64,000 nt of DNA, taken from an uncultured Acidobacteriota bacterium. GTDB lineage: Bacteria; Acidobacteriota; Blastocatellia; RBC074. This document shows, piece by piece, positions 54,148 to 64,000 of this stretch. Under the pieces are notes generated by a model. It was not told where the DNA came from. It worked only from the letters and a program-made list of their open reading frames with translations, and made no database searches. Within the stretch, counting starts at the first letter, position 1. Each line of letters starts with the position of its first letter. The translations under genes were made by a program, and so were the position numbers. Location: the NCBI GenBank assembly GCA_963796275.1, contig CAWCKY010000004.1, forward strand, positions 672,001 to 736,000, written 5' to 3'.

Positions 54148-54942
54148 ATGGATATGTCAGGCGGCTATGATGCGCGTGCATTCGTGGCGGAGCTCTATGA
54201 CTATGTTACGCCATACCATAACCGGCAAGACGCTGCATTCTTTGTCGAGATGGCGCGCCAATCGTCAGGCCCGGTGTTGGAAGTCGGATGCGGAACCGGG
54301 CGCGTTTTGATTCCGACTGCGCAGGCGGGTATCGAGATCACAGGACTGGATCTCTCTTCTTCGATGCTATCGGTTTGCCGTGATAAATTATCGCGTTTAC
54401 CTCAAGTCGTCCAAGAGAAAGTACAACTCCACCATGCTGACATGCGTAAGTTCGATCTCGGACGGGAGTTCCAACTCGCCACCATACCTTTCCGCCCATT
54501 TCAACATTTAACCACCGTTGAAGATCAACTTTCCTGTCTGGATTGCATTCACCGCCATCTCGCGCACGAGGGAAGATTGGTCCTCGATCTTTTCAATCCT
54601 GCACTAAAATTCCTGATCGATGACGATGCTTCGGCCGAAATATTAGATGTTCCGGAGTTTGTTATGCCCGATGGCCGGAAGATCACCCGATACCACCGAA
54701 TAGCTGCGAGAGACCTGTTTAATCAGATTCAAGATGTGGAACTGATCTATTACGTTACTCACGCGGATGGACGCGTTGAGCGATTGTTGCACGGTTTCCC
54801 CATGAGGTATCTGTTCAAATTCGAGGTTGAACATCTATTGGCACGATGCGGATTCAAAGTAGAACACGTATATGCTGATTACGACTGGAGTCCTTATGGA
54901 TCAAAATACCCTGGCGAATTGATCTTCGTCGCTAAGAAATGA
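54148..54942 (+). CDS. class I SAM-dependent methyltransferase
   Basis: VLEVGCGTGR, TGLDLSSSML, ADMRKFDL; GAGGAG RBS. Confidence 0.92.
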   Translation: MDMSGGYDARAFVAELYDYVTPYHNRQDAAFFVEMARQSSGPVLEVGCGTGRVLIPTAQAGIEITGLDLSSSMLSVCRDKLSRLPQVVQEKVQLHHADMRKFDLGREFQLATIPFRPFQHLTTVEDQLSCLDCIHRHLAHEGRLVLDLFNPALKFLIDDDASAEILDVPEFVMPDGRKITRYHRIAARDLFNQIQDVELIYYVTHADGRVERLLHGFPMRYLFKFEVEHLLARCGFKVEHVYADYDWSPYGSKYPGELIFVAKK

Positions 54943-54955
54943 AACAGCATAAAAA

Positions 54956-55327
54956 CAGTTATCAGTTTTTAGTTTTCATTTGGGAGGTCTCGATAAGCAA
55001 CTGAAAACTAAAAACTGATAACTGATAACTGATAATTGCGACGGCTCAGCCTCTTCGCCGCGTTAGCGGTGATGCCCTCTTCGCCGCGTTAGCGGTGATG
55101 CCCTCTTCGCCGCGTTAGCGGCGGTTGATTGTAGCCGTGGGTTTTAACCCACGGGAGGCTTGAAGGATATTCCCGCGTCGCGTTAGCGACGCCTGAATCC
55201 AATCGTCTGACGCGACGTGAAAATCTACCGCCGCTAACGCGGCGAAGAGGCTGAGCAGTTAATTTCAGTTTTTAGTTTTTTGCTGAGCTGTCTCGATAAG
55301 CAGCTGAAAACTAAAAACTGATAACTG
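54956..55327. repeat. nested composite repeat: heptamer palindromes flanking a 26-bp inverted-repeat unit with a GTAG-type REP core
   Basis: GCTCAGCCTCTTCGCCGCGTTAGCGG (55044) and its exact complement (ends 55256); 26-bp tandem units 55050-55121; GTAGCCGTGGGTTTTAACCCACGG at 55131. Confidence 0.85.
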
Positions 55328-57199
55328 TTATGGCAAAGCGAAGGCAATAAACGAATCGCCCGACTTCGTCTGCAACTTCCCTCCTCCGCCCGCTGCAATA
55401 ACGACAAACTGTTTGCCCCTGACTTCATAGGTGCACGGCGTCGCATAACCACCTGCGGGAAGCTGGTGCTCCCACAATACCTTGCCAGACCCCTTGCCGA
55501 ACGCGCGAAACTTTTCGTCCTTTGTGCCTCCGATAAAGATCAACCCACCCGCGGTAACTATCGCGCCACCTAAAGTTTCGGTCCCGGTCGGCGGGACGCC
55601 GCGCTCGCTCAGTTCCGCATATTCACCCAATGTCACCCGCCAGCGAATCTCGCCGCTATTGAGATCGATGGCGTTCAACATCCCCCAGGGAGGTTTGACC
55701 GCGGGATAACCATCTTGATCGACGAAGCGATCATAACCGCTGATGCGATAGGGATGCGGTTTACCCGGCGTCGGAATCAAATTCATCACGCGCGGAATAT
55801 TGTTGGTATTCGCGTAGAGCAGACCGGTCTCCGGATCGAAAGCTGCTCCCGCCCAACTGAACCCTCCGTGAAGCCCCGGCAACACGATTGTGCCCTTCAC
55901 GCCGATCGGCGTGAAGATCGGCCCGAGGCGCAATGTCTTTAGTCTCTCGAGCACGTATGCGCGCGACTCTTTCGAAATGTCGGTTACCATCTCTTCCGTG
56001 TATCTCTGCGGGACTAGCGGCGGCGGTTTAACCGGAAATCGCTGCGTCGTCGCTGCCTGCTCGCCGGGCACGTCTGAGGCGGTAACAGGGCGTTCGACGA
56101 TGTCGAACAGCGGATTGCCCGTCACGCGATCGAACAGAAAGAGATGACCGGTCTTGGTGACCTGCGCGACAGCATCGACCTGCCGGCCTGAGTGATTTAC
56201 CGCCACCAGAATCGGCGGCGCGGGCAGATCGTAATCCCAGATGTCGTGTTTGATGATCTGGTAATGCCAGATGCGTTTGCCCGTGCGCGCATCGAGCGCC
56301 ACGATCGAATTGGCGAAAAGATTGTCGCCGTGCCGGTCTCCGCCATAAAAATCGAAAGCCGCTGAACCCAATGCGACAAAGGCCATTCCGCGCTGAACGT
56401 CTACGGTGACGCCGCTCCAAGGGTTCGCTCCGCCGCGGTCCCGCCACGAATCGCCTTTCCAGGTCTCATTTCCGAACTCGCCGGGTCGCGGGACGGTATG
56501 AAAGCGCCAGAGCTCTTTCCCAGATCGCAGGTCGAAGGCGCGCACATCCCCGGGGGCAGAGGGTCCAGGCCCTTCTCCGACCGAAAATCCGACGATGACG
56601 CTATCTTCAAAGATCGCAGGCGGCGATGTCGCGCCGTAAGTAGACTGGCTCAGATCGCGATCCATCCCTCGTCGCAGATCGAGAGCGCCGTTTTCGCCGA
56701 ACTTTGAATCAGGCTTGCCGGTGCGCGCATCGAGCGAGATCAAACGGCCATCGCTCGTTGCCATCACTACTCGGGCAAAGCTTTTCCCCTGTTTGCCCTG
56801 TTTGCCCTGTTCGCCCTGCCAGTAAGCCAAACCGCGATTGACGCCGCCGCCGGCAGCATAGATTTTCGACGACTGAAGCTTCGAGAACGGGTCGAATTTC
56901 CAGATCTCGCGGCCCGTCGCCGCATCGAGCGCGACGACTTTTGCTTTTACCGTGGTGAGATACATTACTCCGTCGACGACGATCGGCGTGCATTCGATAG
57001 TGGTCTGGTTGCCCCCATCTCCGGTGTGATAAGTCCAGGCGGGTTTCAAATCTCTGACATTGCTTAGGTTGATCTGCTTGAGCGTCGAATAGCGCATCCC
57101 TCCTCTATCATTGCCATAGTTAGGCCAATCGGCCTGCGCAAACACAGTTGAGCAAAAAGAGAATAGAAAGAGGAATATCAAAGAGGCATTTATTTTCAT
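55328..57199 (-). CDS. PQQ-dependent (glucose/quinate-type) dehydrogenase, exported
   Basis: DWPNYG...RYSTL.QIN, TPIVVDG, NRG, HDIWDYD, GGFSW.G, PPWG, ATPCTY motifs. Confidence 0.92.
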   Translation of the reverse strand: MKINASLIFLFLFSFCSTVFAQADWPNYGNDRGGMRYSTLKQINLSNVRDLKPAWTYHTGDGGNQTTIECTPIVVDGVMYLTTVKAKVVALDAATGREIWKFDPFSKLQSSKIYAAGGGVNRGLAYWQGEQGKQGKQGKSFARVVMATSDGRLISLDARTGKPDSKFGENGALDLRRGMDRDLSQSTYGATSPPAIFEDSVIVGFSVGEGPGPSAPGDVRAFDLRSGKELWRFHTVPRPGEFGNETWKGDSWRDRGGANPWSGVTVDVQRGMAFVALGSAAFDFYGGDRHGDNLFANSIVALDARTGKRIWHYQIIKHDIWDYDLPAPPILVAVNHSGRQVDAVAQVTKTGHLFLFDRVTGNPLFDIVERPVTASDVPGEQAATTQRFPVKPPPLVPQRYTEEMVTDISKESRAYVLERLKTLRLGPIFTPIGVKGTIVLPGLHGGFSWAGAAFDPETGLLYANTNNIPRVMNLIPTPGKPHPYRISGYDRFVDQDGYPAVKPPWGMLNAIDLNSGEIRWRVTLGEYAELSERGVPPTGTETLGGAIVTAGGLIFIGGTKDEKFRAFGKGSGKVLWEHQLPAGGYATPCTYEVRGKQFVVIAAGGGGKLQTKSGDSFIAFALP

Positions 57200-57293
57200 T
57201 GTATGATGCGATGTGGAGGGGAGAACCGGAGGCTGGAGGCTGGGGTTAGAGCCACGAATAGAGAACCCCGGCCCCAGCCGATTCTTTTCTAGC

Positions 57294-58610
57294 TTATCTC
57301 GACGATTGCAGGACTTCGACGGGCTTATCGGTCACTCGTTCCGTTGCCTCGTTGAAATAGATCGCTTTGCCTTCTCGATAAGATTGAACGGCCATACCGA
57401 TCGTCGTCATCGCTTTGTAAGCCGTTAAGGCATCCAGGACCGGTTTCTCACGGGATTTGATGCAACCCAGGAAGTTCTCCATATGACTTTCACGCGGGCC
57501 GGTTTCGATGACCAATTCCTGCTTACCCCACTTCTCGACGAAGGTCTTCTTGGCAATCCCCTCGGCGGTGACGGTGATGTGTTTGACCTTCCCCTCGAAG
57601 CGGCCATCGGGAACCATCATGATCGTGCCTTCGTGACCGCGCACGAGACCCGGGATATGCTGGCTGTTGGCCAGCGATGAGCTGAGAACGAGCGAATGAC
57701 CTTTCGGGAATTCGGCGATGAGGTGGAAAGTGTCCGGCACTTCACGGCCATCCTTAAAAACGTAAATTCCTCCGGATGCCATCACTTTCTGCGGGAATTG
57801 CGGTTCGCCCCAGCAGATATTGAGCGGCGCGACCACGTGATAGAAAAGGTCCGTCGCGATGCCTCCCGAATAGTCCCAATACTTGCGGAAGCGGAAGAAT
57901 CGATCCGCGTCGAATGCGCGCTCCGGGGCGGAACCCAGCCACATCTTCCAATCGATGAAGCCTTCTCCGCCGGCATCAGGCCCCGCCTCAGGATCGATCG
58001 GCCAATTCCATTCCCCTTCCTTCGAATTGCGATGATACGAACCCTGGCTCATCAGCAACTGGCCGATCATCCCATCCTGTATCGCTTTGCGCGCTTTCCA
58101 CCACTGATCGCTCGAAGTCGTATGCGATCCCACCTGGACGATGCGCCTGGTCGCCTTCTGCGTCTCGTAGACGGCCTTCGCCTCCTCGACGGTGCGCGTC
58201 ATGGGCTTCTCCAGATAGATATCTTTACCCGCTTTCATCGCCTCAATCGCCATCTGCGCATGCCAGTGGTCCGGTGTCGCGATGACCACGGCGTCAATAT
58301 CCTTGCGATGAAGGACTTCGCGGTAATCGAGGGTGGTAAATTCGGCGCCGCTCACCTCTTTCGCCTTGGTGACTCGCTTACGATAGACATCGCAGACGGC
58401 GACCACCTGGGCGGGCCGTGATGTTTTACCGACCTCCATCACCCATCGTAAGACGTCGCTCCCACGTCCGCCGACACCGATGATGCCGACGTTGATGCGC
58501 TCATTTGCGCCGAGAATTCGCGTGTGCGCATTGCGAGGGGACACTGTCGTGGCGCCGGCGGCGACGAGGCCAGCCTTGACGAATCGTCTTCGTGCGATTT
58601 TGTCACTCAT
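57294..58610 (-). CDS. Tat-exported Gfo/Idh/MocA oxidoreductase
   Basis: ARRRFVK Tat motif, [21 protein letters not shown]. Confidence 0.92.
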   Translation of the reverse strand: MSDKIARRRFVKAGLVAAGATTVSPRNAHTRILGANERINVGIIGVGGRGSDVLRWVMEVGKTSRPAQVVAVCDVYRKRVTKAKEVSGAEFTTLDYREVLHRKDIDAVVIATPDHWHAQMAIEAMKAGKDIYLEKPMTRTVEEAKAVYETQKATRRIVQVGSHTTSSDQWWKARKAIQDGMIGQLLMSQGSYHRNSKEGEWNWPIDPEAGPDAGGEGFIDWKMWLGSAPERAFDADRFFRFRKYWDYSGGIATDLFYHVVAPLNICWGEPQFPQKVMASGGIYVFKDGREVPDTFHLIAEFPKGHSLVLSSSLANSQHIPGLVRGHEGTIMMVPDGRFEGKVKHITVTAEGIAKKTFVEKWGKQELVIETGPRESHMENFLGCIKSREKPVLDALTAYKAMTTIGMAVQSYREGKAIYFNEATERVTDKPVEVLQSSR

Positions 58611-58930
58611 AAATTTCTCCTAAGCTTTGGGGACAACAGACGGCGTGATATTACAATTGCCGTTCCTTCAGATCAACTGAATCTTAGAAACCGAGCCAGA
58701 TGGTGCGATTAAAAATAGTTCTGACACTGGAGACCGCTATGAGATGGGACTCAGACTACCCGACTATCTCGGAGGTCTTGAAGTTGCGAAAACTAGCTAA
58801 TTGTTCTATTTTTCGCAGAGCAACCCGTAATATCTAAAATCTGTAATCAATACATTGGTGTTGTCGAGTTCTCACAAACTCATATCAACTCGTATCAACT
58901 TGTATCAACCTGTATCAAGGAGACAAAACA

Positions 58931-59791
58931 ATGACCACCTTCTCCCGTCGCGATCTGCTCATGACCGGCGCGCTGGCTGCTGCCGCAATCCCGACCGTCA
59001 ACCTGTCGTCATTTGCTGCGCCCGCGACTGAAGAGACCGATCCATGGCTGGGCCTGAAGATCGGCGTCGCAACCTACACCGTACGCGAGCTGCCCATTGA
59101 AGAGGCGATCAAGGCCATACAACGAGTCGGATTGAAATACATTTCGATCAAGAATGTAAAAAACCACATCGATCTCAGTCATACGCCCGAGGAGCGCAAG
59201 CAGCGCGCGCAGATGTTCAAGGACGCCGGCCTGATTCCACTGAGCGTCGGCAACGTAGGGATGAAGAATGACGAAGCCGATATCCGCCGCGCTTTCGAAT
59301 ATGCCCGCGACGTCGGCGTTACGACGATGGTCTGTGCGCCGCAGAAAGACTCTATTCCGATCCTCGACAAGATGGTCAAGGAATTCGACATCAAACTCGC
59401 CATTCACAATCACGGGCCGGAGGATAAGCAATTCCCGTCACCATACGACGTATGGAAGGCCGTCGAGAAATACGACAAGCGCATCGGCCTCTGCATCGAC
59501 GTCGGCCACACCGCCCGCGCAAACGTCGATCCGGCCGAGTCCATAATTAAATGCAGCGCGCGTCTTTACGACGTGCACATGAAAGACATCTCCGCGCTCG
59601 GCAATCGCAATACGCCGATCGAAGGCGGACGAGGAATACTCAATACTAAATCTATTCTCGCCGCCCTGCTGAAGATCAAGTACAAGGGCCTGGTCGGTTT
59701 TGAATATGAAAAAGATGCGAAGGATCCGGTGCCCGGACTGGCCGAATCGGTGGGCTACACCAGAGGAGTGCTCGCCGGATTGAAATCGTAA
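58931..59791 (+). CDS. Tat-exported sugar phosphate isomerase/epimerase (xylose isomerase-like TIM barrel)
   Basis: [30 protein letters not shown]. Confidence 0.9.
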   Translation: MTTFSRRDLLMTGALAAAAIPTVNLSSFAAPATEETDPWLGLKIGVATYTVRELPIEEAIKAIQRVGLKYISIKNVKNHIDLSHTPEERKQRAQMFKDAGLIPLSVGNVGMKNDEADIRRAFEYARDVGVTTMVCAPQKDSIPILDKMVKEFDIKLAIHNHGPEDKQFPSPYDVWKAVEKYDKRIGLCIDVGHTARANVDPAESIIKCSARLYDVHMKDISALGNRNTPIEGGRGILNTKSILAALLKIKYKGLVGFEYEKDAKDPVPGLAESVGYTRGVLAGLKS

Positions 59792-59816
59792 AACAGCTGA
59801 GAAAGCAGTTGTAAAA

Positions 59817-59910
59817 CCAGTTGATAGTTGATAATTGTATAGTTGATAGTTGCGCTTCGCTCCCGAAACCAAACAATCAACTCCAAACTATCAACTATCA
59901 ACCTACCAAT
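59817..59910. repeat. palindromic (TTGATAG)n heptamer element
   Basis: AGTTGATAGTTGATAATTG...AGTTGATAGTT and inverted AACTATCAACTATCAA between convergent genes. Confidence 0.75.
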
Positions 59911-61259
59911 TATAGGGCGCCGTTCTCCCACGGTCCCCAGATCGCGAGAGTGATACCGGGAGTCTGGATGTTGACGAACAACGTCTCGCCATCTGGACTG
60001 AAGGTTGCTCCGGCGAATTCGGATCCCGTGAACCCCGGTACCGTATTCATTGCGAATTTGAAAATCTCTCCGCGCCTCGTCAAACCGTGGAGGAATTCTT
60101 GACCGCCACCGTCCTCACAGAGCACCAATCCCCCACCCGGGCTGACGCAGACGTTATCGGGACTATCGAGCACATCGGCGCTCGGCGATTCAAAGAGCAG
60201 CTCCAACTCGCCCCCCGATCTGCCTCGGGGCGTGTATTGCCATACTTGTCCGCTCCCGACATTGCCGCCGTTGGTTGAGATGAAAAAGACGCTCCCGTTG
60301 CCATACCATGCGCCTTCCAGCCTCGTGAAGATGGCTCCACCTTTGGCAGCTCCCTGTTTGTAGACAGCGAGGGGATCCGTTTCGGCATTGGCGGGATCGG
60401 GATCATCGATATCCACCCAGGTGACGCGCAGAGGCTCTTGCGGCTGCTGGCCCGTCCTCGTGTCGTAGTTCGGCTGATCTTTGATCGCCAGCATCTGCAG
60501 ACGGCCGCCTGCCGCGAGCTGTTTCCGGCGGCGTGGAGTGTACCGATAGAACCCGCACTCCGGATTTCGGTCTTCAGTCTCATAAACAATGCCCGTGTGG
60601 GAATCGATGGCGATGGCCTCGTGAACGAAGCGTCCCATCGCTTTGATAGGAACCGGAATGACCGTGCGGTTGGATTTCGCGGATACTTCAAAGACATATC
60701 CGTGAGGTTTACTTAAGCCGCTGGCGAGCCCCGCAACCGTCTCTTCGCACGTGATCCATGAATCCCAGGGCGTTCGGCCTCCGGCGCAGTTGGTCAGCGT
60801 TCCACTGATGCTGACGAAATCCCTGATCGGCAATCGCGTATCCGGATCGATGATAAGCGTGGTGGTTCCGCCGCCGGTCATCATGTCATAGGCTCTCGAT
60901 GGATCGATAGCAGCGCCCGCCCCCTCCTCGTGATTGCGAACCAACCTGATCTTGCAGTCGTCGTCTTCGAAAGCTGCCATTCCATCGTGTGACCCCGGCG
61001 TCGGTCTGCCATCTGACATAATCGTGCCGGTCCTTCCGAACGCGTTGTATTTGAATCCCGCGGGCAGAGCCAGGAGAATCTCACCGGTATTTTCTGAAGG
61101 CGTGGGTATGAGCTCTCCGTAATCCCCCGCACGCTCGTCCTTCTTCTTATGATGATCGTTCGTTGCCGCCAATGCGCCACGCGCGGCGAAGCTTTGCATC
61201 GCCAGTGCAACTCCCGTCGTCTGAACAGTCCGACTCAAAAATTTTCTGCGATTTATCAT
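59910..61259 (-). CDS. phoX: PhoX/DUF839-family alkaline phosphatase, Tat-exported
   Basis: NRRKFL, HDGM, LVRNHE, NCAGG.TPW.SWITCEE, MGRFVHEA, RLEG, SPDN, LCEDG, EFAG, NIQTPG. Confidence 0.9.
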   Translation of the reverse strand: MINRRKFLSRTVQTTGVALAMQSFAARGALAATNDHHKKKDERAGDYGELIPTPSENTGEILLALPAGFKYNAFGRTGTIMSDGRPTPGSHDGMAAFEDDDCKIRLVRNHEEGAGAAIDPSRAYDMMTGGGTTTLIIDPDTRLPIRDFVSISGTLTNCAGGRTPWDSWITCEETVAGLASGLSKPHGYVFEVSAKSNRTVIPVPIKAMGRFVHEAIAIDSHTGIVYETEDRNPECGFYRYTPRRRKQLAAGGRLQMLAIKDQPNYDTRTGQQPQEPLRVTWVDIDDPDPANAETDPLAVYKQGAAKGGAIFTRLEGAWYGNGSVFFISTNGGNVGSGQVWQYTPRGRSGGELELLFESPSADVLDSPDNVCVSPGGGLVLCEDGGGQEFLHGLTRRGEIFKFAMNTVPGFTGSEFAGATFSPDGETLFVNIQTPGITLAIWGPWENGAL

Positions 61260-61774
61260 ATGCCTCCTACGAATGATAAGTTGTTCGATTACTTTTCCGT
61301 GAATTTTACAGTCGTCTTGGTTAAACCGGCGGTACCCAGTTTAACCGTGAGTAAAGAATCGAGTGGAATGAAAGAAGCCTGTGTAACAGATTATATTTAA
61401 ATATTGATCAGGAGCGCGTAAAATCTCTGTAAAATTAAGAAGTAGTAACCGGCGAGTTTCAGCTTTCAAATAGCAAATAGAAGTTAAAATCGCCAGCTTT
61501 ATACAGCATCCGGCTCATATCGAATTATGGTTTTTAAATCCCCCGCGACGCCCGCCGCGCAGCCAATCCCCCTTCGTTTTGTAACTTTTTTGTGATTTTC
61601 ATCGTGGTAGATGGCATGTTTTGGAGGTCTCCATTCACTGAAGAATTGAGAAGGATACTTCAGAATGGATTCACAATTGTGGTTAGATTGGCTTCTCCAC
61701 CAGCTGTGCCTTTGTTGAAGACATCTAAATCCGGGAGGAGTGGCAAAGAGCTCATTCGAGGAAGGAAATTGTAG

Positions 61775-63259
61775 ATGGCTGGTTCGTACAAGCCCGGTCC
61801 CCTAGGCCGGGATCCAGAGATTCAAGATTTGAATGATGGAACGTTGATCCGGAGACTATCGCCATGTCCTGGACCCATTGGAACCAAGGCCGCTTCGATT
61901 GCCGGCTGCCGAGGTAATCCTACCGTCTCTTCACTCACCACACCGCCCTTCCGCAGGAGAGCTTCACGAAGTACGCCGCAAGTACTGCGGCAAGGAAGTC
62001 GAGGTTTAGATGTTCAAAAACTTCAAAGGCTGATCAATGCACGCTTGACACCGACACCGAATCTCACTATCGATGGCGTTTTCAGCCCTTCCACTCATCA
62101 AGCGGTGCTCCAGTACCAACAAGGTATCTCCCTTCTTGCTGACGGAATCGTAGGGAAGGACACCTGGTACTACCTTTTGAAGGGTGACAGGGCCACTGCC
62201 CGTCCAGTATCTGTTCTGAATATGCAATCTACCGTCGGTGGACCGAATGCTATTCCGAGGAGCCCTACAGCGTCTCAGCCGTCCACCGCTGCGCCCTTGT
62301 TCGCGGTAGCAGGGGGAGTTTGGGAATGGCCTCTGGAAGATAAATTCGCTGAGGTTTTGCATCGTACTCTGGATAAGCTGCCTGGCAGCATGCGTCACGA
62401 ATTCGAAGCGCTCTTGCGCCCTACCAGTCTCGCGATCATGGCGGGTATTCTGGTTATTTGGGCGGGATCACATGCGTTCGGCGTCGGGGAAATTGTCGAT
62501 GTCATACTTCTGGTTGGGGGGGTATTTTACCTCGGGATGGCTGTTTTTGATGTCGCGGGAGAGTTAGGCGATTTTCTTGTCGTAACGTCCACCGCAGAGG
62601 ATGAAAATGATCTCGATGAGGCAGCATCACATTTGGCGAGAGCGATAGCCATCATCGGTGTCGCCGCCTTCATCGCGCTGCTCACAAAGTTTATCAGAGG
62701 AAGAGGGGGCAAGAGCGCCGCTGAGGAGACTTCACGGAAGCCGTCAATGACCGAGCCATCGCCTGAAGCAGCTCGTCCAAAATCTTATGCGAAATCGATG
62801 CCCAGGCCCAAGACTGCGAGGAAGGTTCCCCCCGGTCACACAAAACCGACCGGATCACCGGGCGGGAAGCCCACAGGCAAGCGCACAAAAATCCGCGATC
62901 GGGATGACCCGGACACCAAGCGGTCCTTGCAACGGGAAAACGATTCCGCCGACGTGCTGGCGAACGCGGGATACAGGGTTGAACAGAACCCGAAGGTGCC
63001 CGGTGGTAAGAACCCTGACTATCTAATCGAGGGGAAGCGATTCGATAACAAGGCTCCGAAGACCGCGCGCCCACGAAATGCCGCGAGCGAGATGGAGGAA
63101 GCAGTTAATGAGGGGCAAGCCGACCGAATCGTGTTAAATCTTGAAGACAGTCCGATTCAACTGGGCGCGATGAAGAAGCAGTTGGACGACTGGCAGATCG
63201 AGGGGCTCAAGGAAGTAATCGTCATCAAGGATGGGCAGGTCATTCCCTTCTGGCCCTAA
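61775..63259 (+). CDS. polymorphic toxin: PG-binding domain, hydrophobic helices, CdiA_C-like PD-(D/E)xK nuclease tip
   Basis: LRQGSRG.DVQKLQ..L...DGVFSPST.QAV..YQ....L.ADGIVG..TW; C-terminal RENDSADVLA..GY.VEQNP....KNPDYLIEGKRFDNKAP...GQADRIVLNL. Confidence 0.82.
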   Translation: MAGSYKPGPLGRDPEIQDLNDGTLIRRLSPCPGPIGTKAASIAGCRGNPTVSSLTTPPFRRRASRSTPQVLRQGSRGLDVQKLQRLINARLTPTPNLTIDGVFSPSTHQAVLQYQQGISLLADGIVGKDTWYYLLKGDRATARPVSVLNMQSTVGGPNAIPRSPTASQPSTAAPLFAVAGGVWEWPLEDKFAEVLHRTLDKLPGSMRHEFEALLRPTSLAIMAGILVIWAGSHAFGVGEIVDVILLVGGVFYLGMAVFDVAGELGDFLVVTSTAEDENDLDEAASHLARAIAIIGVAAFIALLTKFIRGRGGKSAAEETSRKPSMTEPSPEAARPKSYAKSMPRPKTARKVPPGHTKPTGSPGGKPTGKRTKIRDRDDPDTKRSLQRENDSADVLANAGYRVEQNPKVPGGKNPDYLIEGKRFDNKAPKTARPRNAASEMEEAVNEGQADRIVLNLEDSPIQLGAMKKQLDDWQIEGLKEVIVIKDGQVIPFWP

Positions 63260-63275
63260 GGAAAGGAGCAGAACA

Positions 63276-63716
63276 ATGTCAATCAGTTATACACTTAGGA
63301 TATCAGGGCAGACACAGTTCAGCGAACTGGCAAAACGGCTCTGCAGCGTGCCGGAGTACCAGCAAGCCGCCGAAGGCATTATCGTCCCCGGTCTGCAAGT
63401 ACATATCGACCCGGTAAGTCCACTGGAGATAGAGATGATCGTAGAGGAGTTTGGGTTTACGCCCACAGCATGTGTGTCGTTTCGTTGGGACAAGGAGACC
63501 GAACTTGTGTCGGTGCGCACCAGCTTACTGCGGGGATGCGTTGCCCTATTGGAAGGCAACACTGACGACGCCGTCCTGTTGTTCAATGGCGAGATCGTCA
63601 TTTTGCTGCGCCGAAACGGCAGACTCGTGCTCAACCCGTTGGAGGGATTCTGGACTGATGAGATGCTTAAGGTGATCCCTGCACCTATCGAGTTCGAGTC
63701 CCTCCCGAGTATCTGA
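63276..63716 (+). CDS. cognate immunity protein (SitI3-like)
   Basis: Small acidic ORF 16 bp after the toxin with AAGGAG RBS; VSFRWDK...DDAVLLFNGE..LLRRNG.L.LN pattern. Confidence 0.75.
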   Translation: MSISYTLRISGQTQFSELAKRLCSVPEYQQAAEGIIVPGLQVHIDPVSPLEIEMIVEEFGFTPTACVSFRWDKETELVSVRTSLLRGCVALLEGNTDDAVLLFNGEIVILLRRNGRLVLNPLEGFWTDEMLKVIPAPIEFESLPSI

Positions 63717-63834
63717 TCTCGGGCATCGTCGCTCGAACACCAGAGATGATCGAGGAGATCAATCAACGGGTGGAGTCCTGCGCGAGCAGGCTTGAACGTA
63801 ATTGACGCGACATCGCGTCGCACCACGTTGCGCG

Positions 63835-63948
63835 CTATTCATATCTCAGCGCTACTATCGGATCGACTTTCGCCGCCCAGCGCGCAGGAGCCGGCTTCTT
63901 GAACGACATCCGCAGACCAAAGCGCACGTAATGAAAGAAGCTTCGCAT
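63835..63948 (-). pseudogene. internally deleted ADOP-type ABC permease (37 aa: N-terminal and C-terminal motifs fused)
   Basis: AGGAGG RBS then MRSFFHYVRFGLRMSFKKP-A-PARWAAKVDPIVALRYE-stop; not in the ORF track. Confidence 0.8.
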
Positions 63949-64000
63949 CAAATACCTCCTGAAGATATTGGATAATTGATAATTCGTGTACACCGTGGCA

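Noticed and set aside
55050-55121. Three 26-bp direct repeats resembling a CRISPR array
   Set aside because: Units are contiguous with no unique spacers and no cas genes nearby; they are part of an inverted-repeat element.
58880-58918. Imperfect (TGTATCAAC)-like tandem repeats before the TIM-barrel gene
   Set aside because: Short and irregular in period; consistent with local slippage, and I cannot support an operator role.

Overview
Bacterial chromosomal window, most consistent with Acidobacteriota (inferred from Oar-type TonB receptors, the ECF/ZAS/DUF4097 module, an ADOP permease remnant and the repeat types). The left part (1-23.3 kb, up to tRNA-Leu(TAA)) is accessory: two sulfatases, a frameshifted GH74 xyloglucanase, two TonB-dependent receptors, an ABC pair and a secreted transglutaminase-like protein. 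It also holds a probable operon of TBDR, exported tandem AhpD-like protein and a deiodinase-like selenoprotein that the ORF track splits at an in-frame UGA followed by a SECIS-like hairpin. The middle is mostly core or envelope genes: rdgB, an ECF sigma module, an exported truncated globin plus cupredoxin, tonB/exbB/exbD/exbD, der-tgt-yajC-secD-secF. The right part has a Gfo/SIS/SDR/MetE-like operon, a PQQ dehydrogenase, Tat-exported enzymes, phoX, a PG-binding polymorphic toxin with immunity gene, and a 37-codon collapsed ADOP gene. Top leads: (1) the selenoprotein/AhpD/TBDR operon, (2) a candidate sigma54-driven three-hairpin sRNA at about 29139-29263, (3) the toxin/immunity pair, (4) a ComEA-like HhH insertion in SecF. 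Several families of palindromic intergenic repeats are present. All family assignments come from motif recognition by eye, not from database searches.
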